From Scenedesmus sp. PABB004 (taxonomy: Eukaryota): 64,000 nt of DNA. A program made the position numbers and the translations under genes. Of this stretch, positions 23,898 to 35,857 are shown piece by piece. Positions within the stretch are counted from its first letter, which is position 1. Every line of letters starts with the position of its first letter. Below the pieces are notes generated by a model. The model made no database searches. It worked only from the letters and a program-made list of their open reading frames with translations, and was not told where the DNA came from. Location: NCBI GenBank assembly GCA_014905635.1, contig JABVCE010000004.1, positions 1,178,001 to 1,242,000 on the forward strand, read 5' to 3'.

Positions 23898-25543
23898 TCA
23901 CACGGCGTTGCTGGCGGCGTAGGTCTGCAGCAGCCGCGTGTTGAGGCACGAGTCCAGCGCCGCGCGCCGCTCCTCGGCCGTCAACCGCGGCAGCAGCCAG
24001 CCCAGCTTGCTGCGCGCCGGCGCCGGCGGCGGCGGGGGTGGGGGTCAGCCGCGGCGCGTGCGCCAGCGCGCGCGCCGCGGCGCGCCGGCGCCCCCTCCCC
24101 GCCCGCCCCAGCGGCCCCGCCCGGGCGCCCCCCCCCCCCCTTGAACCAACGCCCCTGCCGGCCCACCGCTTGCCAAAGACCTCCTCGAAGTTGCGCCGGC
24201 CGCCCTTGTTGTAGGGCCAGGGGTGGGGCCGCTCCTTCTCATACATCTCGATGGTCGTGCAGTTGGCGGCGACCATGTTGGCGTGCATCACCAGGAAGCC
24301 GCACAGGGAGACGGCAAACGCGGCGTTGACGATGACGCCGATGAACGCGACGGCGGAGCTGCGGCCCCGCGGCGGCGCGCGGCCAGCCAGGCGGTCGGCC
24401 GGCGCGGTGTGTGTACGGCGCGCGGGTGCGCCGGCCACGCCCCGCGCCGCGCTGCCGCCGGCGCCGCCCGCGCGCGCGCGCGCGCGCACCCCGCCGACGG
24501 CGCGGCGCCGGCGGCGCCCGCGCCGAAGAAGGCCAGCATCGGGCGCACGAGCGCGGCGATGGCGACGGCGCTGCCGGCAAAGGTGAAGGCGAGGAACTGG
24601 AGGAAGAACTTGTAGTTGAGCAGGCCCACGCAGTTGACGACCCAAATGCAGTAGTGGTCCTGCGTGGCGGCGCCGCGCGGCCGCGGCGGGGGTCAAGGAG
24701 GGGGTCAAGGACCGCGGGGCAGGGCAAGCGAGGCACCGCGCGGCGCGGCGCGGGCGCGCACCATCTTGAGCACGCAGCGCCCCGTCACGCTGCAGTGGTG
24801 CGCGCGCTGGGGCTTCCAGGCCTTGCAGTGCTTGCAGAAGCGCGGGCGCCGCGGGTCGCGGCGGTCGATGTAGTAGTCGGCGTACGTCATCAGCTCCTGC
24901 TCACGCGCCGCGATCTGCGGCACGGCCGCAAGAGGGGGGGGGGGCGTCGGGCGCCGCCAGTTGCGGCGCGCTGCCGGCGCGCCGCGCGTGCTGCATTTCC
25001 GCTGCAGGCGCAGCCGTCTGCGGCGGCGCGCGCGTCGCGCGTCGCACCGCGTCGTCGGGGAAGGGGTGCCAGCCCGGCGGCACGCGCCCCGGGTCGGTGA
25101 GCACCGTGGCGAGGTAGCACCAGGTGATCATGCCAATCTGGCGCGGCCGGCGGCGCCGCGGCGGCGGCGGCAGCGGGGTGAGCAGCCGGCGCGGCGCCCG
25201 AGCACGCGGCCAGGCCGCGCCCGCGCGCCCGCGCGCGCACCAGCGCGGAGAAGAGCAGGACCAGGAGGCTCGCGCCGAGAGCGCGCGCGGGCGGGCCGGC
25301 GAGCATCGCGGGGCCGTACGTCGCGGGCACGACGGCGTACCAGGTGAATCCGACGATGCCGAGCACCAGCAGCACCATGACGTGGCCCAGGAGCTTCAAA
25401 AACTTGCAGAACACAAAGACGTTGAGGTACGTGAGGTACCGCCACGCGCCGCCGCTGCCGCCCGACGGCGGCGCGGGCACGGGCGGCAGCGCGCCCGCGC
25501 CGGCGCCGCCGACGAGCGGCGCGCTGCCCCCGGTGCTGCCCAT
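23898..25543 (-). CDS. DHHC-family protein S-acyltransferase, DHYC variant (6 exons)
   Basis: [53 protein letters not shown], TTIE motif, YNKGGRRNFEEVFG, four TM segments. Confidence 0.95.
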
Positions 25544-26050
25544 GGCCGCACCGGGCGGCAGCGGCGCCCCCGCCCCCCACGCCGGGCCCGGGCCCGGGGC
25601 GCTGATGGTGACCGCCCGCCGCCGGCAGCTCGGGCGCGGCGGGCGCCGGCGCGGCCGGGCGCCGCTGTTCGGCGCCGCGCGCCGCCGGGCGGCGCGGGGC
25701 CCGCGCTCCCGCTGGCGAGCTCGCTGGCGCGGACGCCGACGCCTCAGACTCAAGCGGAGGGTGCGTGCGTCGAGCTCCCCCTCCCCGCCGTCCTCGCTGG
25801 TGGCGGCGGTGCGCCGCTGCTGCGGTCGGCGCAGCTTGCTGGCTGTCAAGCGCGCGTGCAGGCCAGCGATCTCGGGGCTGCTGCACACTGCGAGCAGCGA
25901 AGCAGCAGCCCGGCGCACGGCGGCAGGGCACAACGGCGGTTGCGGCGCGCGGCCGACCGCTGCGCGCGGCGCGCCGCTGGCGTCAGAGCCCCCACGATCC
26001 CCGCGGCTCGCTCGCCGGCAGCAGCAGCAGCAGCAGCAGCGGGCGCGGCC

Positions 26051-27452
26051 ATGCTGCTGGGCCGCCGCGTGCGCGCCGCCTGCGCAGCAGCACCCGGCGC
26101 GCCGCAGGCGCGCCTGTGGCCGTCGCAGCTCTGCACCTGGCGTGGGGCGTGCATGGCGTCTGGCACGGACGAGGGCGCTGCGTGGACGGCCGCGCTGCAG
26201 CAGCAGCAGCAGCAGCAAACGGGGGGCGCAGGGGAGCGGACGCTGCTGCCGGACGCGCTGCTGCCGACGCCGCACCCCGCCGTCGGCGCCGGCGCGCGCG
26301 AGGCGGCGGCGTGGGAGGCGGCGCTGGCGCCGCGCGCCGGCGCCGCCGCGGCGGCCGCATGCCCGCTGGTGGCGGCAGTGGAGCTGGGATCGCACTCGAC
26401 GCGCCTCCTCATCGTCAGCAGCGACGGCGCGGACGTCGTGCGCCTCACGCGCGACACGCACCTCGGCGCGGCGTCCGCGCTGGACGGCGGCGGGCCCACC
26501 CTCGCGGCGCTGCGGGAGTTCCGGGCGGCCCTCGACGAGCACCGCCCCGCGGCGACGGCGGCGGTCGCGACGGCGGCGGTGCGCGAGGCGCCCGACGCGA
26601 GCGCACTGCTGGGTGAGGCCGCCCGCGTGCTCGGGCTGGGCTGCCCCGTGCGCGTGCTGGCGGGCGCCGAGGAGGCAGCGCTGGCGTTCGCCGGCGCGAC
26701 GGCGGGCCTAGCGAGCAGCAGCGCGGCGGTGTTGCCCTGCCTCGTGTTTGACCTCGGCGGGCGCTCGACGGAGCTCGCAGTCGGTGCGCGCGCCGCGGGG
26801 CCGGCGCGACGCCGGGCGTGTGCCTGGGGGCGCGGCAGCAGACGCACGCACCGCCCGCCGCGCTGCCGCCGCGGCAGGCCTCGCCGGGCAGCCGGCGCTG
26901 CACACGGCGTCCGTTCCGCTCGGCTGCCTTGGCGTGGCAGCCACGGCGGGCGGCGCGACGGCGCCAGCACAGGAGCTGCTGCGCGCCGCGGACGCTGTGC
27001 TCGGGGCGGCCGCCGCGACCGTGGACGGCGTGCTCCGCGCGTGGGCAGGGCTGCGCCAGCAGCACGCCGCCGCCTCGTCCCCGCCGGCGGTCGTCGGCGC
27101 TGGCGGCACCATCACCAGCCTGGCCGCGGCGCTGCGCCGCCTGCCGACCTACGACCGGCGCGCGGTGCACCACAGCCGCCTGGACGCGGCGCAGCTGGCG
27201 GCGCTGCTGCCGGAGCTCGCGGCCGCAGGCGGCGCCGCGTGGGCGTCGCCGGCGTGCGAGCCGTGGCTCACGGCGCGCCGCGCGTCCACGCTCGCGCCGG
27301 GCGCCGCCGCGCTGGCCGCGCTCCTGCGCCGCCTCGGCGCCGACTCGGTGCTCGTGAGCGACGCGGACTTGCTCGACGGCGTCGTCGGCGCGCTCGCGCG
27401 GCGCGGCGGCGCGGGCGAGCACGGTGGAAGTCAGGTTGAAGTCAGCAGCTGA
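26051..27452 (+). CDS. Ppx/GppA family phosphatase (exopolyphosphatase-like, ASKHA fold) with N-terminal extension (intron 26784-26877)
   Basis: VELGSHSTRLLIV, VATAAVREA, LAGAEEAALAFAG, FDLGGRSTEL, SVPLGC, VGAGGTITSLA and VSDADLLDG correspond to the Ppx/GppA conserved regions. Confidence 0.88.
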
Positions 27453-27675
27453 GCGGGAGTCAGCAGCTGAGCAGAGCCTGAACCCTTGTGACGGCCGCGC
27501 GCACCCGCTGCCGCGCCTCCTCCCAGGCGCCGCAGCCGCCCAGGTGCCTCCACAGCCGCCAGCACATGCCACGGACCTCAAGCCCGGTCGCAGCGCCCGC
27601 GCGAGGCCATCACCACATCCAGCGAGCAGCAGACGCGCGCCGCCGCCGCGCCCGCAGCACAGGCCGCCGCCCGCG

Positions 27676-28111
27676 ATGGCGGACAAGGACGCCGCCAAGA
27701 AGCCCGAGCCCAGCAGCCTGGAGGACGACGACTTCGAGGAGTTTGGCGGCGGTGCGGCGGCGGGCGCTGCTGATGGCGCGGCCCGCAGGCGGCGCAAACG
27801 CGGAGCGCCCCCGCCCCCCGGCCGTGCCGCGGTGCACGGAGAGGCAGCGTGATCTTCTATGGCTACGGTGGTGCAGCGCGCAGCACGAACGGATGCGCCA
27901 CAGCTGCGCCGGCGCCGCGGCCGCAACCGCTGCGGTTGCTCCCGCCACCGCGCTCATCGCCGCCGCCGCCGCAGTGCCCGAGGACGTCGCGGCCAAGGAG
28001 GGCGAGGCGGCCAAGGACCTGTGGCAGGCGGACTGGGACGACGAGGACACCGCCGCCGACTTTGCGTCGCAGCTGAAGCAGGAGCTGGCGAGCAGTCAGA
28101 TGAAGGAGTGA
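27676..28111 (+). CDS. DSS1: 26S proteasome complex subunit SEM1/DSS1 (exons 27676-27751, 27975-28111)
   Basis: LEDDDFEEF...LWQADWDDED...DFASQLKQEL; a short acidic protein. Confidence 0.95.
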
Positions 28112-28456
28112 GCGCAGCGGCGGCGGCGCAGCGCCGCTCGCCGCAGGTGCGGCGGCGGCGCGCGTGTGCGAGCTGGGCGCGGCGGGGTAACGGGAGCTCA
28201 CGCGGTTCCACGCGCGCCGCGCCGCTGCCGGGCGGCGGCCCCCGCGCCCGCCGCGCCGCGTCAACAACGAAAGCACGGCGTCTGTGCCAGACGCCATGCG
28301 CCCGCCCGCCCAGCCCCCCCCCCCTCCCTCCCTGGCGCGCCGTGCGCGCGCAACGAATTGCCCCCCCCCCCCCTGATGTACAGCTGCCCCCGCCGCCCTG
28401 CCTGCCGCGGCCTGGCCGGCGGCGCCCGCCGCCCCGCGCGCGCGGCGCCGCCGGCG

Positions 28457-29565
28457 CTAGCACGAGCAGGTGCTGCCGCCGCTGCTCGCTTGCTGCGCGC
28501 CGAGCTTGACGCCGCCGGAGCCGAGCGCCGCGCTGACGAGCGCAGGCGTCTCGAGTATCTTGAGCACCAGCTCCTCAAACGCCTGCTGCACCGCGACGTT
28601 GGTCTTTGCGCTCGTCTCGACGTAGAGGCAGCCCATGTTGCGCGCAAAGTCGTGCCCCGCCGCCTTGCTGACCTGGCGCTCAGACTCCTGCCGTGACGGC
28701 GCGCGCGGCGCGTGCGGCGCGCGGCGCGCGGCGCGTGGGCACGTGGGCGCGCGCCGCATGTGCGCGTGCTGCGTGCGGCGGGCGCTGCGTTGGTCTCACC
28801 AGGTCGACCTTGTTGGCGACGACCATCTTCACCGCGTCCTCGATGTTGCTGTAGATGTCCACCTCCTTCATCCAGATGCGCTCCAGGTTCTCAAACGACT
28901 CGGGCCGCGTGACGTCGTACACTGCGGCGGCGGCGGCGGCGGGCGTCGGTCGGCGCGGCGGCGCCGCCCGCACTGCTGCGCCCCGCCGCCTCCGCGCGCG
29001 CCGCCGCCGCACCGAAGATGACGCCTTGGGCGCCCCTGTAGTAGCTGCTGGTGAGCGTGCGGAAGCGCTCCTGGCCGGCCGTGTCCCTGGCGGGCCGGGC
29101 ATGGAGCGAGGGGGCGGCGGCGGCGGCGGCGGTTCGACGCGGGGCGCTCCGCACCACAGCGTGTGCTGCTGACGCGCCCGGCGCCGCTGGACGTCGGCCT
29201 CTGCCACACAGCGCCAGCGGCCTGCGGCCCCCGCCCGCCTGCTCGCGGCTGGCGGCGGCGGCAGCGGCAGCAGCAGCGGCGCCCGCCGCGTTGCGGCGCC
29301 GCACCAGACCGCCAGCTTCACGCGCTTGCCGTCCAGCGTCAGGTACTTGACCCTGAAGTCCACGCCTGCGAGGTCGCGCCGGCTCAGCGGCCGCGGGGCG
29401 CGCGCGGCGCGGGGGGCGGGGGGCGTTGGCCGCACCGATGGTGCTGGTGGTCACATCGTCGAAGCGGTCCGCCGTGAAGCGCATGAGCAGGCAGCTCTTG
29501 CCCACGGCGCTGTCCCCGACGAGCAGCACCTTGAACAGGTGGTCGTAGGCGTCGCCTGTCGCCAT
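28457..29565 (-). CDS. RAB18: Rab18/RABC small GTPase (5 exons)
   Basis: [70 protein letters not shown]-terminal CSC prenylation motif. Confidence 0.96.
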
Positions 29566-29956
29566 TTTTGCGCCCGGGCGCGACACGGCAGCGCGCACGG
29601 CCTGCGCAGGGCGGCGGTGTGGGACGCTCAGGCCCGCGCGGCGGGCGGCGGTGCTGCTGCTCGGCAGCCGGGCCGTCACGCGGCGGCGCAAGCAGCGAAA
29701 CCGCGGCGAGAAGCGTTGACTCACGGCGCGGGCGCCTGCTTTCCCATCACCGCTCCCACGCGGCCAGACACCCCCGCCCGCATCGTCCCGTCGCTGCCGC
29801 ACGGTCGCCGCGCGCCGCCGCGGCCGCCGCCGCCCTCGCGGAGCAGCGCGCCCGCCGCCGCCGCGCCGCGCCCCGATCCCGCGCCTGGGGCGCACGAGCC
29901 TGCGCAGCACCACCCCCGCCGCTGCGCGCGCTGCGCGGCCGCGCGGTGCCGCCAGC

Positions 29957-31291
29957 ATGGCGCTGCGCGCGTCGGCGCAGCAGGAGGGCGATCGGATGCG
30001 CGATGTGATGCAGCACGGCGCGGGCGGCAGCTTCACGGCGCAGCGCAAGGTGCGGCGCCGGCCGGCGGCGGGCCGCCCGCCACACACGCGCGGCGTGCGC
30101 GGCGCACGGCCTGCTTGGCGCGCCGACTGGCCGCGACGCCGCCCGCGCGCCGCCGCGCAGGCGCGCGAGCTCGAGCGCAAGCGCGCCTACGGCGCGGAGC
30201 TGCAGGCGCAGATGCAGGAGCGCGAGCGCGCGCGCGCGGCGGAGCGCGCGGCGCGCATGGGCGTGCCGGCGCCGCCGCGCCAGCCGCCGGGCGCGCTCGG
30301 CGGCACCTGGCCCGCCGCCGCCTCCACGGCGCCGCCGCCGCCCGCGCACCCTGGCGACTGGTCGCCGGGCGCCTGGAGCGGCGCGCCCTCGGCGGCGAGC
30401 CCGCAGCAGCTGGGCTCGTCGCCGCCGGCCTTCCACCACCAGCAGTCGCCCGCCTGGGGCCAGCAGCAGCTGGCGCCGCCCGACGAGTACGGTGGGACCG
30501 GCGGCCCCGCCAGCGGCTACGCCACGCAGCAGCACCAGCACCAGCACCAGCACGAGCACCAGCACCAGCACCAGCAGCGGGATGCCTACCCAGAGCAGCT
30601 CGTTGCTGCCCTGGCGAGCTGGCCCGACGCGCCGCCGCACGCGCCCATGCCGCCGCCGCACGACGCTGGCAGCCCGTATGCGCAGCAGGCGTGGGGCCAG
30701 CCACCGGGCTTTGCGGCCCTGCAGGCGCAGCAGGCGCAGCTGGCGCAGCAGGCGCAGCAGGCGCAGCTGGCGCAGCTCGCGCAGCAGGCGCAGCAGGCGT
30801 GGGGCCAGCCGCCGGGCCGCCCCGGCTGGCCCGGCGCCGCGCCGTCGCCATGGGCCGCGCCGCCGCCTGGCGGCGGCGGCGGCCTCGGCCTGCCCGGCGC
30901 CGCGCCGGCCGGGGGCGGGGACGCGGCGCGCGCGGCGGCGGCGCGGGCCAAGAAGGACGCCTATCGCGCCGAGCTGGAGGCGCAGATCAGGGACAAGGCC
31001 GCGCGCAAGGCCGCGGAGGCCAGCGCGCGCGCCGCGGAGGACAGCCGCAAGGCGGCCGAGGTCGCGGGCTTCAACCCCTGGGGCCGCGGCGGCGCGGGCG
31101 CGCCGCTGCGCGACGCCAACGGCCAGGTGGGCCAGCGCGCGGCCACGGCGCGCGGCCGCGGCACGGCGCGCGCCGCCGCTGGCTCACGCCGTGCCGCGCC
31201 GCGCCGCCCCGCTGCGCCCGCAGGTGGTGACGGACCTGCGCGGCGCCTCCGGCCGCCACGGCGTGCAGGAACAGCAGCAGCAGCAGTACAT

Positions 31292-31353
<62 letters not shown>

Positions 31354-33929
31354 GGTGGGGCCAGCAGCAGCAGGAGCAGCAGGAGCAGCAGCAGGGCCCG
31401 CACGCCGGCGGCTACGACCAAAGTTGGGGCGCGCCCGTTGTCGAGCAGCGGCACCCGGGCGCGCCGCCGGCGGCGACTGGCGGCGGCGGCCTGGGCGGCC
31501 CCCCCGGCGCGCCGCCGCTGCTGTGCTTCCGCTCCGACAAAGCCTTCATGACCGCCGGGGAGGTGGAGGGCCGCGCGCGCGCGCAGCGGGAGCTTCAGCG
31601 CGAGCTGGACGAGCAGATCCGGGAGAAGCGGCGCCGCAAGGTGCGCCACGTTTGGCTGCGCCCCAGCAACGCGCGCGGGGCGTGCAGGGGCGGCCGGGCG
31701 GGCCCGCCCCGGCGGCGCGCGCGCCGACCGCCGCCGCCGGCGCGACCGCCGTGCCGCAGGAGGCCGAGGCGGAGGCAGAGGCGGAGGAGGCGCGGCGCGA
31801 GGAGGCGCGCCTCGCGGCGGAGCAGGCGCGGCTCGCGGCCGCGTTTGAGAGCGAGCGCGACAAGGAGCGCGGCGGCCGCGCGGCCAAGGGCGCGGACGCC
31901 GAGGCGGCGGTGGCGGGCGCGTGGAGCACGGCCAAGCAGGCCGACGCGGGCCGGCGCAGGTCGCAGGACGGCCGCCGCCGCTCGCAAGGTGCGCGCTGCG
32001 CCGCCGCGGGCTGGGCGGGGCGCGCGCCCTCCGCCGCTGGCCGACGGCGCGCCAAGCGCCCCGTCCGCGTCGCCCCCCTCCCGCAGTGCAACTCGCGCTC
32101 GACGGCGAGCCGCCCAGCTCGCCACGGCAGCAGCCGTCCAGCCCCGCGGGGCGCCAGCAGCCGGGCGGCCTGCGACGCGAGGCCAGCCGCGCGGGCGGCG
32201 CCGACGCGGAGCTGCGCCAGCCGGACGCGCAGCAGCGGCAGGCGATGGCGTTTGAGGCGCTGCGGCTGGAGGAGGAGCGCATGCGTCAGCTGGCGGCGCA
32301 GGAGGTCGAGCGGTGCGGCCCACCGCCACGGCCTGGCCCCCTGCGCCTGGGACGCACGGCGGGCGCGGCCAGCGCCTCAGCGCCGCCGCCCGCCCCGCTC
32401 GCAGGCTGCGCGTCGACATGGATGCCCAGGCGGCGGCGCTGCGCGTCGCGGTGCAGCGCCAGGGCGGCGAGGTCGCAGCGCTGCGCGCGGCGGCGGCGGC
32501 GGCCGAGGCGGAGAGCGCGGCCGCCAAGACCGAGCTCGCCCAGGTGCGGCGCGGCGCGCCGGGGCGCGACACGCCCCTGCGACGCCCCCGCCGGCGGCCT
32601 CACCACCCCACCGCGCCGCGCTGCGCCGCGCCGCCGCCGCCAGGCGCGGCGCGACTTGCAGTGCCGCAGCCAGGAGCTGCAGCACGAGACGGTGAGCACC
32701 ATCCTCGCCGACTACGGCGACGGCCCCGCCGCCGCGCTCGCCGCCGCGTACCACCCCGCGCCCATCCGGCGCGTCGAGCTCGACCTGCCCCCGCCCGCGG
32801 CGGCGCTGCGCTGCTCGCAGCAGCCCGCGGCGGGCGGCGGCGGCGGGGCCGCGCTGCAGGGCGGCGCGCCGGCGGTGAACCTGCTGGAGGAGCTGCTGCA
32901 GCAGGGCCGCGACGGCCCCGCCGGCGCCGGCGGGGCCGGCGCGGCGCCGCCCTGGGCCGGCGCCGGCGCGGGCGGGCGCGCGGCGTCGCTGCCGGCGGGC
33001 GCCGGCGCGCGCGGCGCGGCGCCGGGCGTGCGCAGCTCCATGCTGGTCACCGAAAGCACCCTGATCTTCCCGGCCGGCTTCACGCCGCCCGCGGCCACGC
33101 CGCACGACGCCGACGGCGACAACGAGGGCCGCGCAGGCGGCGAGCCTGGCCGTGCCGCTGGCCCCGACGGCGCCGCGTCGCTCGGTGCGGGCTGGGGCAC
33201 GGCCTGGGACGAGCCGCGGCGCCCGCGACAGACGGCGTCTGCGCCCGGCGGCGGCCGCGCCACCGCCGACCGCGCGCCGGCGCGGCCGCCGGCGTCGGCG
33301 GGACGCCGCCACGGGCTGGTCACGCCGGGCGGCAGCGACCTCGGCGCCCTGGTGAGCGGGAACGCCGACCGCGCGCAGCGCCTGGCGGACATGCCGCCGC
33401 CGGGGGACGCAGAGGCGCTGGACGCGTTCCTGGAGACCTTTGTGGCGCGCGGCAGCCAGGTGCGCGGTGGCCCATTGGTCCGGCGCGCGGCGGGCCCTGG
33501 GCGAGTGCGGCCGCGCCGTCGTCGTCACAGGCGGCGCGCGCGGCTGGCCAGCTGCCCAGCCCGGCGGCGATGCACCGCGCTGACGCGCCCGCCTCGCCCG
33601 CCGCCGCGCGTCGCGCGCAGCCGCACACGCGCAGCGTGGCGACGCCCCCGAGCCGGCTGAACAGCCTGCCGCCGCGCTACGGCGGGCCGCCCGACGGCGG
33701 CGCCGCGGCGTCGGGGCGCTGCTTCCTGGGCATCGCCGATGCGCTGGAGCAGGAGCTCAGCCGCATGAGCCTGGCGGCCCCACTCGGCGGCGCAGCCCCG
33801 CTCGGCGGCGCGGCGGCCGCAGCGCAGCAGCGCTTGCTCGCGGCCGGCGGCGGCGGCGTGGAGGGTAGCGACGCGAGCATGCTGGGGTCGTCGCAGTGGC
33901 TGCCCAGGGCCGTGCACACCGAGCTGTGA
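29957..33929 (+). CDS. CSPP1/CCDC66-like coiled-coil protein (putative centrosome/cilium-associated)
   Basis: Repeated K..Y..EL.AQ(M/I).E(R/K) helices and the motif [24 protein letters not shown], which I recall from CSPP1-type proteins. Contains poly-Q tracts; 7 exons with consistent phases. Confidence 0.7.
31272..31352 (+). repeat. (CAG)n coding microsatellite (poly-Gln)
   Basis: Long CAG run interrupted by TACATG. Confidence 0.95.
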
Positions 33930-34042
33930 CGCGCGCGCGCTGTGTGCAACGGAGCTGTCCGCTTTTGGGTCGTCGGTGCCTCGGTCGATGCTTACGCTCC
34001 ACAGAGAGCTCAAGGCATGCGCAGTCCGCCAGCGCCGCTCCC

Positions 34043-35418
34043 TCACTCGGCCGCCACGCGGCGCTCGAGCACGAGCGTGACGGGGCCGTCCTTCGCCTCG
34101 CCCTTGCGCAGCGCGCCGCGCACGCTCGCCCACGACTGCCGGTCCGCGCCGAACAACACGATCGTGCGCCGCGGCGGCACGGCGCCCACGAGCGCACGAG
34201 AGGAATAGACAAAGTTGGTACACGTGCAACCCCGCAAGACGTCGCCTGGGGCTCGGGGCAAAGCGGCGGCGGGCTGCGCGTCAGCGCACACGCGCGCGGC
34301 GCGGTGCGCGGGTCGCGCGCGCGGCCGCTCTGCGCCCCCGCCCGCGCGGCGCGCACCGTCCTGGACGCTGTCCTTGGCGAGCGCGCGGTTGAGCCCCGCG
34401 ACGCGCCGCCGCTGCTCGGCCGCCGTGCCCGGGACCACGCCCGCCACGACCGTGCGCTTGCGCGCCGGCTCGTGCTCGAATATCACGCCCATCGGCCGCG
34501 GCAGCGTGACCGCGAGGATCTCGCTCGGCTGCGGTAGGGTCTTGGCGAAAACGTAGGTCCTGGGGGAAAGCCCGTGGGCGCCGCCGCGTGAGAACCGCCG
34601 TCCCCGCCGTCCCCGGTCCGGGCGGGTGGGCGGGCGCGCGCGCGCGCGCGCGCGCACCGCGGCCGGCGGTCGCCGACGGGCCCGACGTCGAGCCGCAGGC
34701 GCTCGCCGTCAAAGTCATCCGGCACGAGCTCCGGCGTGTAGCTCACGGCCCTGAACGCGAGCTCGCCGTCCTTGTCGCGCGCGGGCGCGGCGCCGCCCGC
34801 CGGCGCCGAGAACGCGATGCCCGTGTCGGCGTCCTCAAACACAACGCCGCCGTCCGGGAGCTGCCGCGGCGGCGGGCGCAGCAGCCACGCGAGCCCGCCG
34901 ACCGCGGCGGCGAGCGGCAGCGCGAGCGCCAGCAGGAACGCGCGGTCGGCGTGCGCCTGGCACCTGCGGCGCCGCGCGTGGCGGCGGCCGGCGGGTGAGC
35001 GGGGGCAGGCAGCTGGCTGCGGCGGCCCCTTGCTGCACCGTCGCTCACTCCTCCGTGAAGCACGCCGGCGGCACGAACGCGAGCAGCAGCTCGCCTCCAG
35101 GCAGCGCGGCCAGGGCGCCGGCGGGCTGCTGTCGCTGCAGCTGCCGCGCCTGCCGCTGCAGGTGATGCCGCCGCTGCCGTCGGCAGAGTCGAGCGCCGAC
35201 CAGCTGCTGCCGCCTGCGGAGCAGCGGCCGGCGGCGGCGGCGCGCTGCCTCAGACCCCACGGCGCCGTCACGAGGTCCAGATCGCGAGTCTCCCCACCCC
35301 CGCCGCCCCCACGCGCGGTGAGCACGCCGCACCTGCACGGCAGCAGCCCCGGCAGCACGGGATGCTGCTGCTGCCGGGCGCCCAGCGCGCCACAGGGCGC
35401 GCCCGGCCGCGGCAGCAT
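34043..35418 (-). CDS. PDZ-like domain protein with one TM segment, probably plastid-targeted (3 exons)
   Basis: VTLPRPMGVIFE...VVAGVVPGTAAE...VQDGDVLRGCT...PVTLVLER. TM segment FLLALALPLAAAVGGLAWLL after a S/R/C-rich leader. Start codon uncertain. Confidence 0.72.
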
Positions 35419-35857
35419 GTCGGGCGGGCCACTGCGAAGGTAGAGGCCTGTCACGAGCGCCGCTCAGGACGGAGCTGGCGTGGGGCCTGGCGCTGCGAGT
35501 GCTGCTGCTGCTGCCGCTGCAACGGCGCGGCGGTCCACGCGCAGCGGCGGTCGGTTGCACGCACGCCGTGGGGCATGTGGGCGGCGCCGGGTCACGCACT
35601 CACGCACGGCCGTCGCACGCCACGCGCAGCACGTCACGCGGGGCTCAGCAGCGCGTTGGGGCTCAGCGGCGCCCTGCACCCCGCTTGCCCCTTGGTGCGA
35701 GCAACGCGGCCAGCCGCCGCCGAACAAAGCATACTGCTACACGTTGCCCAGGTTGACCGCCGCCGGCCAGCCGCCTCACAGCGCCCCCGCCCCCCTCCCC
35801 TGCCCCACCGCCCGCCCGCGCCTCCCCCGGCCCCAAGCCCCCCCCCACACGGCGCGC

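Noticed and set aside
23898..29565. Functional gene cluster (PAT, Ppx, DSS1, Rab18) or prokaryotic operon/HGT island
   Set aside because: Unrelated housekeeping functions, mixed strands, spliceosomal introns and uniform composition.
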